Under the pieces are notes generated by a model. That model worked only from the letters and a program-made list of their open reading frames with translations. It did not search any database and was not told where the DNA came from. From the NCBI GenBank assembly GCA_963663035.1, contig OY760074.1, positions 1,824,001 through 1,888,000 of the forward strand: a DNA stretch of 64,000 nucleotides. The letters run 5' to 3'. This document shows, piece by piece, positions 56,521-64,000 of the stretch. The stretch's first letter is position 1, and each line of letters opens with the position of its first letter. The DNA comes from Acidobacteriota bacterium (GTDB lineage Bacteria > Acidobacteriota > UBA6911 > RPQK01 > JADFOI01). A program made the position numbers and the translations under genes.

Positions 56521-57708
56521 CTATTCCCTCACCGAAGGCAACTCCATGATAGAGGCTGCGACTACGGAAGCCACCTTCTTACGTAAGGAAACCACACCGC
56601 CCATTCCATCCGGATGCACCCGATTGGTGAAAAGGATGACAAAGACCTGGTTGGACGGATCAATCCATAACGAGGTTCCGGTGAATCCAGTGTGACCAAA
56701 GGATCCCACCGGAAAAAGATCGCCTCGAGGGCCACTGAAAGGCGTTCGAATATCGAATCCGATGCCACGCAAGTTGGTCGCTCCGATGGGAGACTGGGGG
56801 GTAGCCATCTTGTGAATGGCGAGGGGCGAAAGAATTCGCACTCCGTTATAGAGACCTTGGTTGAGAATCATCTGGGCATAGATTGCTGTCTCATCTACAG
56901 TGGAAAACAGCCCAGCATGTCCGGCAGCTCCTCCCATTCGAGCAGTGGTGGGGTCGTGGACAACTCCCCGCAGCAGCTGACCGTCTCTGTAATCGGTAGG
57001 AGCGATCAGATCTCGAAACTCTGGCGGTGGCAGAAAACGGGTTTTCATCATTCCCAAGGGGGAAAAGATCCGTTCCTCAGAAAACTCCTGCAGAGGCTTG
57101 CCGCTCACCTGACGAATCAGTTCGGCCAGAACAATGTAGTTGATGTCACTGTAGACAAACTCCTCACCCGGCGAAAAGATCAACTGCTCCTGAAACGCTT
57201 TCTCAATAGCGGTTTCATAGCCTTCCCAAGGCTCATCCAGGTCCAGATCGGGCCGCAGACCCGAATAGTGTGTCAGCAACTGCAGGAGCGTGATCGAACC
57301 TTTGCCATTCGCCTCGAAACCAGGCAAATAGGCCGATACTCGATCGGTTAAGGCGATCTTCCCTTCCTCTACTAAGATCAGAATCGAAGGCGCAGTGGCG
57401 ATCACCTTGGTCAAAGAGGCAATGTCGAAGATCGTGTCCACGGTCATGGGTTCCTTGGCAGGCACCAAGGATCTGTAGCCCAGAGCATTGCGATACACGA
57501 TCTTCCCCATGCGTGCGACCAGGACAACAGCTCCAGGAGTTTCCCCCTGGGTGATGGCTTCCTGAACCACTTCATCCAGTCGAGCCAGACGCTCACTGGA
57601 CATTCCCACTTCTTCAGGCTTGCCCGGCGTTAAGACCTGGCCCTGGACAGTGTTGAGGAAGATGAGAAGACTCAATCCTCTCCAAAACATCCGTTTTCTC
57701 TCATTCAT
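56521..57708 (-). CDS. Serine hydrolase, beta-lactamase/AmiE-like
   Basis: ASLTK, LLTHYSGL, YSD, GHAGLFS, GHTGFTG; signal peptide. Confidence 0.9.
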   Translation of the reverse strand: MNERKRMFWRGLSLLIFLNTVQGQVLTPGKPEEVGMSSERLARLDEVVQEAITQGETPGAVVLVARMGKIVYRNALGYRSLVPAKEPMTVDTIFDIASLTKVIATAPSILILVEEGKIALTDRVSAYLPGFEANGKGSITLLQLLTHYSGLRPDLDLDEPWEGYETAIEKAFQEQLIFSPGEEFVYSDINYIVLAELIRQVSGKPLQEFSEERIFSPLGMMKTRFLPPPEFRDLIAPTDYRDGQLLRGVVHDPTTARMGGAAGHAGLFSTVDETAIYAQMILNQGLYNGVRILSPLAIHKMATPQSPIGATNLRGIGFDIRTPFSGPRGDLFPVGSFGHTGFTGTSLWIDPSNQVFVILFTNRVHPDGMGGVVSLRKKVASVVAASIMELPSVRE

Positions 57709-57749
57709 CGCTCTCACAGGGTTCAATTGTATGTCAAAGGCAATTTCTT

Positions 57750-57797
57750 GGCGAGGGAGGGAGGGAGAAATGAGTCGTCTGGCCTCCCTCCCTCGCC
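57750..57797. repeat. Perfect 15-bp inverted repeat
   Basis: GGCGAGGGAGGGAGG-18 nt-CCTCCCTCCCTCGCC. Confidence 0.7.
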
Positions 57798-57831
57798 GCT
57801 TTGCCAACCCCATCAAGAACCGTTAGACTGA

Positions 57832-58089
57832 AGCCCGGATTATGCATAGGGTCTCGTCATGAAGCGGCGAAAGCGCCGGAAAACAGAGCCGTGGGCTTTA
57901 GCCCACGGGCCCGCAGGCTAAAGCCTGCGGCTCCGACTGGCGCGCGAGGGGTACCCGCCACGGGTCGGCCCCCGCAAACGTACTCTTGAGTACGTTGAGG
58001 AGCTGAGGGGTACCCGCTTGCGGGTCGCGCAACGCTGGCAGGGCGGATGATTTCGTCGCTGCAGTAGAGAATTTATGCATAATACGGGC
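57832..58089. repeat. Dispersed hairpin/MITE-like element, copy 6 (258 bp, nested REP pair)
   Basis: Arms GCCCGGATTATGCATA / TATGCATAATACGGGC; core GGGGTACCCGCTTGCGGGTCG; REP pair at 57885-57934. Confidence 0.85.
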
Positions 58090-58097
58090 AGTAAACG

Positions 58098-59609
58098 ATG
58101 CCTTCTCAAAAGCAGAGCCTCATTCAGTCGTTCATGGCCCAAGCCCAGGAGCTCACCGAACTCAAAAGTGTCATTCAAACACTCGAATGGGACCAGGAAA
58201 CAATGATGCCTGCCCTGGGCAGTCCCTTGCGCGCGCGTCAGCTGGCAGCCTTGAGTGCTCTGCACCACCAAAAACTCACTTCGCCGGATCTGGGTGAAAT
58301 CCTGGAACGCCTGAGCACCGCTAATCTAGATCTGTGGCCGCAAGCCGCTGTCAGAGAACTGCGCCGCGAGCACGAGAAGGCGGTTCGGCTTCCCGAAGCA
58401 CTCGTTCGAGAGCTGGCGGAAACGACTTCCCTGGCTCACACAGCCTGGGTGACGGCCCGTCAGAAATCGGACTTCGCCGCCTTTTCCCCCTGGTTAGAAA
58501 AAATTCTGCGGCTGAAACGAGAGGAGGCCCGCTGCCTGCAAGTCTCCAATTCGCTCTACGAAGCCCTGCTGGATCATTATGAGCCTGGAATGCGGGTCGG
58601 GGAGCTGGATGAACTGTTCGCTCTCCTCAGGCCGAAACTCACCTCGCTGCTCCAGAAGATCCAGGCTTCCGATCGGCAACCCAAGCGGGATCTCTTGAAG
58701 GGCGAGTTTCCGGTGGCCCAACAGGAGTCCTTTGGGCGCGCCGTGCTCAGCGCAATGGGCTTCCAATGGGATGCCGGCAGACTGGATCGATCGCCACACC
58801 CTTTCTGTATGGGAATCTCTCCACTGGACGTGAGACTGACGACCCGCTACTCAGAGCAGGACTTCGCCTCATCACTCTTTGGCATGATCCATGAAGGTGG
58901 ACATGGGCTGTACGAACAGGGGCTGAATCGGGAACATGACGGCTCACCGGCCTGCGACGGGATTTCCCTGGGAATTCACGAGTCCCAGTCGCGCTTATGG
59001 GAAAACCAGGTGGCACGAAGCGAGGCCTTTTGGAAACATTGGCTTCCCCGCCTCCAGCAGACTTTTGCGGACCAACTGGATCACGTATCCCTCCAGGACT
59101 TTCTCCACGCCATCAATCGCGTGGAAGCATCCCTGATCCGCGTCGAGGCGGACGAGGTAACCTACGGTCTGCACGTCATTATGCGCTACGAATTGGAGAA
59201 GCAAATGGTGGAAGGCGATTTGGAAGTACAGGATCTGGAGACAGCCTGGAATTCTAGCATGAAGGAATATCTAGACATCGTGCCGTCAAACTCGGCTGAA
59301 GGTGTACTCCAGGACACTCACTGGTCACAAGGCTACCTCGGTTACTTCCCAACCTATCTGCTGGGAAATCTCTATTCTGCTCAAATCTTTCATCAGGCAA
59401 AGAAGGTGTTCCGAGACCTGGAAGAAGACATTGGCGGGGGAAACCTGACTCCCTTGCGCGAGTGGCTGGGTGAAGAAATTCACCGGCACGGAAAAACGAT
59501 CAGCGCACAGGAGCTGATCGAGCGGATCAGTGGTAAAGCCCTCAACGCAAAATACTTCTTGGATTATCTGGAGCAGAAGTTTGGTCAGCTTTACGGCTTA
59601 AATGACTAA
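58098..59609 (+). CDS. Carboxypeptidase M32 (Taq-type)
   Basis: WDQET, HPF, HEGGHGLYEQ, HESQS, IRVEADE, QDTHW, GYFPTY. Confidence 0.95.
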   Translation: MPSQKQSLIQSFMAQAQELTELKSVIQTLEWDQETMMPALGSPLRARQLAALSALHHQKLTSPDLGEILERLSTANLDLWPQAAVRELRREHEKAVRLPEALVRELAETTSLAHTAWVTARQKSDFAAFSPWLEKILRLKREEARCLQVSNSLYEALLDHYEPGMRVGELDELFALLRPKLTSLLQKIQASDRQPKRDLLKGEFPVAQQESFGRAVLSAMGFQWDAGRLDRSPHPFCMGISPLDVRLTTRYSEQDFASSLFGMIHEGGHGLYEQGLNREHDGSPACDGISLGIHESQSRLWENQVARSEAFWKHWLPRLQQTFADQLDHVSLQDFLHAINRVEASLIRVEADEVTYGLHVIMRYELEKQMVEGDLEVQDLETAWNSSMKEYLDIVPSNSAEGVLQDTHWSQGYLGYFPTYLLGNLYSAQIFHQAKKVFRDLEEDIGGGNLTPLREWLGEEIHRHGKTISAQELIERISGKALNAKYFLDYLEQKFGQLYGLND

Positions 59610-60816
59610 TTTTACCCGTCCCGGCGCCCTTTTCTTTCTTTCTCTCTCTCTCTCTTTCTCTCCCTCCTGTCAGCCCACGGACCCACCAAGCGAGGTTCGA
59701 GTAGGAGCCGATCGTATTTTCGAGGAACCCTATCTAAACTGGATCCAGGGAAAGCGCGTCGGCTTGATCACCAATCCCACCGGTGTCAATTCGGAACTGG
59801 AAAGCACCATGGATCTCTTGGCCCGCCATTCAGAGGTGCAGCTGGTAGCACTGTTCGCTCCCGAACATGGGATCTTGGGCCAGGCACAGGCAGCAGAAAG
59901 GTTTGCCAGCTACGGAAACGTGTACAGCCTCTATGGGGAAACCCGCGCACCCACCGCTGAGATGTTGCAAGATGTCGAAGTTCTCCTCTATGACATGCAA
60001 GACGTGGGAGTTCGCTTCTACACTTACATCTCCACAATGTTCTTGAGCATGCAAGCGGCCGCCGAAAAGGGTATTCCTTTCATCGTTTTAGATCGCCCCA
60101 ATCCAATAGACGGGTCACGCGTCGAGGGCCCTGTATTACAACCTGGCCATGAGTCCTTTGTTGGCATCTATGCCCTCCCGATTCGTTACGGTATGACCGC
60201 GGGAGAGCTGGCCCAGATGCTCAACCAGCAAGCCAACCTTCAATGCGATCTTAAAGTGGTGCCACTGGGAGGATGGCAGCGCGAGCAATGGTACGACCAG
60301 ACAGGCCTGGAGTGGATCTCGCCCTCTCCGAACATGCCCACGGTGACGACTGCCACCGTCTATCCGGGACTCTGTTTGATTGAAGGAACCAATCTCTCGG
60401 AGGGACGTGGAACGACTCGTCCCTTTGAGTTGGTAGGAGCTCCCTGGCTCAACAGCCGTGAGTTGGCTGAGAGATTGAATCGCCTCCAGCTCCCGGGCGT
60501 AAGATTTCGCCAACAAGCTTTTACCCCCACATTTTCTAAGTTTCGGGATGAGCAGGCTCAGGGTCTCCAGATTCATGTGGTGGACCGCACCGCATTTCAC
60601 CCGCTTCCCACCGTGCTCCACCTTTTGACGGAGATCAGAAGACTCCACCCCCAGCAGCTTGTGCTCGAGGAAACGTTCTTCGACCGATTGGTCGGGAATA
60701 GTTGGGTCCGCGAAGCGCTGACTCAGGGAACGCCCGTTGAGGACATCGTGGATCAGTGGCAACCCGCCCTCCAGGAGTTCCAGCAGATTCGAGAAAAGTA
60801 TCTTCTTTACCCATAA
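59602..60816 (+). CDS. Exo-beta-N-acetylmuramidase NamZ (DUF1343) family
   Basis: GLITNPTG, FAPEHG, DMQDVGVRFYTY, LDRPNP, SPNMP, SEGRGTTRPFE. Confidence 0.92.
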   Translation: MTNFTRPGALFFLSLSLSFSPSCQPTDPPSEVRVGADRIFEEPYLNWIQGKRVGLITNPTGVNSELESTMDLLARHSEVQLVALFAPEHGILGQAQAAERFASYGNVYSLYGETRAPTAEMLQDVEVLLYDMQDVGVRFYTYISTMFLSMQAAAEKGIPFIVLDRPNPIDGSRVEGPVLQPGHESFVGIYALPIRYGMTAGELAQMLNQQANLQCDLKVVPLGGWQREQWYDQTGLEWISPSPNMPTVTTATVYPGLCLIEGTNLSEGRGTTRPFELVGAPWLNSRELAERLNRLQLPGVRFRQQAFTPTFSKFRDEQAQGLQIHVVDRTAFHPLPTVLHLLTEIRRLHPQQLVLEETFFDRLVGNSWVREALTQGTPVEDIVDQWQPALQEFQQIREKYLLYP

Positions 60817-60823
60817 TTCATAT

Positions 60824-60844
60824 GTGGGAGGCACCTCAGGTGCC
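60824..60844. repeat. Single REP-like palindrome GTGGGAGGCACCTCAGGTGCC
   Basis: Identical to the lptE copies; 7 bp after the NamZ stop. Confidence 0.85.
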
Positions 60845-60877
60845 GAAATCATACTGCCTTGAGATAAAATAGTAGGA

Positions 60878-62293
60878 ATGACGACTCCGTTAGCGGTTTT
60901 GTTGCTTCTGACGACTTTTCTGCAGAGCACCACGACTGTGGATCCCGCTGCTTTAGAGTGGTTTCAAAAAGGCGAAGAGCTGATTGGCACCCCACAGGTA
61001 AACTCCCAGCAGCAAGCTGAGTATTTCAGAAAGGCAGTGGAATTGGCGCCCGACTTTTCCGCTGCCCGTTTCAATCTGGCGCTCATCTACCTCAACCAGA
61101 GACAGCACAGGCAGGCTCGGGAGCAACTTGATGCCTTGATCGATCTGGAGCCCGAAGATGCTCGGGGCTATCTTCTGCGGGCTCGTCTCAGCCTCGAAGA
61201 CTCTCAACTGGGTCCTGCTGCTGAGGATCTGGAGCGGGCGCTCGAGCTCAATCCCCTGGATTACGACGCATGGCAGTTGATGGGTGAGATTCGATATCAA
61301 CAGCAGGATTACCAACAGGCTGTACAGGCCTTTGAGAAGGTTTTGGAATTAAGGCCCCATCCCGTCCCAACCTATTTCGATCTTGCTCTCTCACAGCAAC
61401 TCCTGGATCAGAGGGAAGAAGCCATCCAGAACTATCAAAGATTTCTGATTGAGTTCCCAGACAATTTTCAGGCCAATTACTTTCTGGGATCGCTGTATCG
61501 GCAGGTTGGTCAAGACGATTTAGCACTGGAGTTTTTTCTGAAGGCCGAATCACTGGAACCGACCCACCAGGAACTGGCCCAGGAACTGGGTTATCTTTTT
61601 ATGGATGGGAATCATCTTGAGGAAGCGCGCAAGAGATTGCTGCGTGCCAATTTGGACCTGGCCGTAAACCTGGGAAATTTGGGTGTCATCGCCAAGAGAC
61701 AGGGGGAAGGCAGCCAGGCAGAGGACTACTTTCGAAGAGCCCTTGATCAGGAGCCGGAACACCCTCTGCTTTGGGCTCAGTTGGGTGACCTGTTGGCCGA
61801 GCAGGAGAGAGACCAGGAATCCGTTGAGGCCTATGAGAAGGCTCTGCACTACGATCCGCAGGACTTCGACAGCCTTTTTAACCTGGGAACTCTCTATGGG
61901 AATCTGGAACAGCCTCAAGAAGCGATCGAGTTACTGGGCAGAGCCTTGCAAATCAATCCCCATCATGGATCTGCTCATTTTAATCTTGCCCTTGTACTGG
62001 ATCGAGAAAAGGATTTGGATGAGGCTCAGGCCCATTACTTGAAGGCTATTGAGTACGGAACCGACAGGGCCCATGCTCACTTTAGACTTGCCTTTTTGTG
62101 GGCCCTTCAGAAGGAGCAGACAGAAGCTTTGAAACATCTGGAGATGGCTTTGGAGAAGGAACCACAGCAATACATCCGCCTGGTTAGCGAGGAGCTTCGC
62201 AAGGTGAACTCCGATTTGGACAGCATTCGCTACGGTCGGGAGTTCAATGAGTTGCTCGAGAAGTATCGGGAGCGGATAGGGGATAGGAGATAG
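60878..62293 (+). CDS. Secreted tetratricopeptide-repeat protein
   Basis: Signal peptide and many TPR units (A..FNLA, RALEL.P). Confidence 0.9.
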   Translation: MTTPLAVLLLLTTFLQSTTTVDPAALEWFQKGEELIGTPQVNSQQQAEYFRKAVELAPDFSAARFNLALIYLNQRQHRQAREQLDALIDLEPEDARGYLLRARLSLEDSQLGPAAEDLERALELNPLDYDAWQLMGEIRYQQQDYQQAVQAFEKVLELRPHPVPTYFDLALSQQLLDQREEAIQNYQRFLIEFPDNFQANYFLGSLYRQVGQDDLALEFFLKAESLEPTHQELAQELGYLFMDGNHLEEARKRLLRANLDLAVNLGNLGVIAKRQGEGSQAEDYFRRALDQEPEHPLLWAQLGDLLAEQERDQESVEAYEKALHYDPQDFDSLFNLGTLYGNLEQPQEAIELLGRALQINPHHGSAHFNLALVLDREKDLDEAQAHYLKAIEYGTDRAHAHFRLAFLWALQKEQTEALKHLEMALEKEPQQYIRLVSEELRKVNSDLDSIRYGREFNELLEKYRERIGDRR

Positions 62294-62296
62294 GAG

Positions 62297-63289
62297 TCAG
62301 GAGGCAGGAGTCAGGAGGCTCGGCAGTTCCTCGAAATCTTCAAAGTGGGTCATCTCCTTGAATTCTCGATAGCGCAATTCGATCTCCGTATAGGTCAGTT
62401 CCTTGAGCCGATCGAGGGAGAATTTTTCCACGCTGAAGCTGGCCATAACTGATCCGAAGATGATGGCCTGACGCATGGCCTGTGCATCGGATCGGTTGAC
62501 TCCCGCCAGATACCCCATGAATCCCCCGGCAAAGCTGTCTCCGGCACCAGTGGGGTCAAAGACATCTTCCAGGGGGTAGGCAGGCGCGCCGAAAACCGAC
62601 AGCTCACCTCCCTGAGGCAGGCCGGCCTGACCCAAGCTCGCCTGACGGTCCACTTGAAACATGAGCACTCCGTACTCACCCCTTTTGATCACCACGATTT
62701 CGGGACCCCAGCCCAGGATTTTCCGTGCCGCCTTGACCAGGTTTGCTTCCCTTGCCAGCTGCCGAGCCTCCGAATCATTGACCAGGAGAATACCCACGTA
62801 TTTCAGTGTCTCCAGAAGGGACTCGAAATGGCCGTCGATCCAATAGTTCATCGTGTCGCAGGCCACCAATTGAGGCTTCTGGACCTGGGAAATGACCTCC
62901 CGTTGAAGAGCTGGATCAATGTTGCCGAGAAAAACATAGTCCGAATCGCCATCCTTCTCTGGAATCTTAGGTTGAAAATCGGAAAACACATTCAGTTGAG
63001 TATCCAGGGTGGTTCTTTCGTTCAGGTCGTAGCCATACTCACCCTTCCAGCGGAAGGTTCGGCCATCCATCGTTTCGAGGCCTTCCAAATCGATATTTCG
63101 GGATTCCAGAAATTGCACGTCCTGGCGACAAAAATCTTGGCCCACACAGGCCACCAGATCCACCTGGGTGAAGAAGCTGGCAGCCACACTGAAATAGGTG
63201 CCTGAGCCTCCCAGGACCTCTTCCACTTCGCCAAAGGGAGTCTTGACCGAATCGTAAGCTACCGATCCCACTGCAAGGATTGACGCCAT
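62297..63289 (-). CDS. PfkB-family carbohydrate/nucleoside kinase
   Basis: GSVAYD, LGGSG, NDSEA, KRGEYG, DPTGAGDSFAGG. Confidence 0.92.
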   Translation of the reverse strand: MASILAVGSVAYDSVKTPFGEVEEVLGGSGTYFSVAASFFTQVDLVACVGQDFCRQDVQFLESRNIDLEGLETMDGRTFRWKGEYGYDLNERTTLDTQLNVFSDFQPKIPEKDGDSDYVFLGNIDPALQREVISQVQKPQLVACDTMNYWIDGHFESLLETLKYVGILLVNDSEARQLAREANLVKAARKILGWGPEIVVIKRGEYGVLMFQVDRQASLGQAGLPQGGELSVFGAPAYPLEDVFDPTGAGDSFAGGFMGYLAGVNRSDAQAMRQAIIFGSVMASFSVEKFSLDRLKELTYTEIELRYREFKEMTHFEDFEELPSLLTPAS

Positions 63290-63302
63290 GTTGGTTTCCT
63301 CC

Positions 63303-64000
63303 TTACAGGTACTTTCCGATGATCACTTTCAGCTTTTCCTTCGTTTCCTCCGGAATCACGTCCGGATTGGTGATAATGGCGTTTTGCAAGGCATGCTGGC
63401 ATGCGCAGTCGAACTCATCGGGAAGGATCTTGATAACCTCCTTGATCACTCTCTGGGCACTTTGACTGTTCTTGCCCAGATACTCAAGGAGAGTCTCCAC
63501 CGTCACGGGTTCCTCCTCCTCATGCCAGCAGTCATAGTCGGTGACCATTGCGATGGTGACGTAGCAGATTTCAGCCTCTCGAGCCAGCTTGGCTTCCTGC
63601 AGATTCGTCATCCCAATCAGATCCATCCCCCAGGCTCGGTAGAGTTCAGACTCAGCACGGGTGGAAAAAGCCGGCCCTTCCATACACAGGTAAGCTCCGC
63701 CCAGCTTGATGGGAAAGTTGATATTGCCGGCCGCTGCTTCCACTTGCTGTGCCAGCTGAGAGCAGATGGGATCGGCAAAGCTGATGTGGGCAACAATGCC
63801 TTCCCCGAAGAAAGTCGAGATGCGCCCCCGAGTGCGGTCCACAAACTGATCCGGAAGCACGAAATCCATCGGCTTATGCTCCATCTTCAGTGAGCCGACG
63901 GCACTGGCCGAAAGAAGCCGCCCCACCCCAAGCTTTTTGAATCCATAGATGTTAGCGCGAAAATTCAGCTCGGTGGGAGGAATCCGATGTCCCCTCCCGT
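63303..64000 (-). CDS. mtnP: S-methyl-5'-thioadenosine phosphorylase; 5' end beyond the window
   Basis: SAVGSL, PDQFVDRT, EGPAFSTRAES, GMTNLQEAKLAREA, VTDYDCW. Confidence 0.9.
   Translation of the reverse strand, partial: GRGHRIPPTELNFRANIYGFKKLGVGRLLSASAVGSLKMEHKPMDFVLPDQFVDRTRGRISTFFGEGIVAHISFADPICSQLAQQVEAAAGNINFPIKLGGAYLCMEGPAFSTRAESELYRAWGMDLIGMTNLQEAKLAREAEICYVTIAMVTDYDCWHEEEEPVTVETLLEYLGKNSQSAQRVIKEVIKILPDEFDCACQHALQNAIITNPDVIPEETKEKLKVIIGKYL

Noticed and set aside
1-64000. tRNA, rRNA, riboswitch (including cobalamin) or CRISPR array
   Set aside because: None recognisable by eye; a covariance-model scan would be needed to exclude them fully

Overview
A 64-kb bacterial chromosome segment. 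The Oar-like TonB-dependent receptor, the gene content and the leuS-lptE-holA-rpsT order suggest Acidobacteriota, but this is inference. The left half (about 1-34 kb) is a catabolic and accessory region interrupted by rmuC, xerD, murJ and lpxD. It holds five secreted amidohydrolases, a TonB-dependent receptor, a PuuE-like deacetylase, NitT/TauT ABC components, a tannase-family protein lacking its catalytic His, and a second alpha/beta hydrolase. It also holds a UbiD decarboxylase with an unannotated 54-aa zinc-ribbon gene upstream, a complete IS3-family element, an Ntn acylase, and a Tat-less reductive-dehalogenase-like gene overlapping an acyl-CoA ligase. The right half is mostly housekeeping (ino1, glyQS, recO, mgtE, pssA/psd, ddl, rocF, rpsT, holA, lptE, leuS, dcd, HU, SSS transporter, M32 peptidase, NamZ, PfkB, MTAP). 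Four families of dispersed repeats occur: a 149-258 bp modular hairpin/MITE-like element (6 copies, often overlapping stop codons), two REP-like palindrome types (one inside the lptE signal-peptide coding region), and heptamer tandem tracts. Two genes are frameshifted. No rRNA, tRNA or CRISPR array was seen. All product calls rest on motif recognition by eye, with no database searches.
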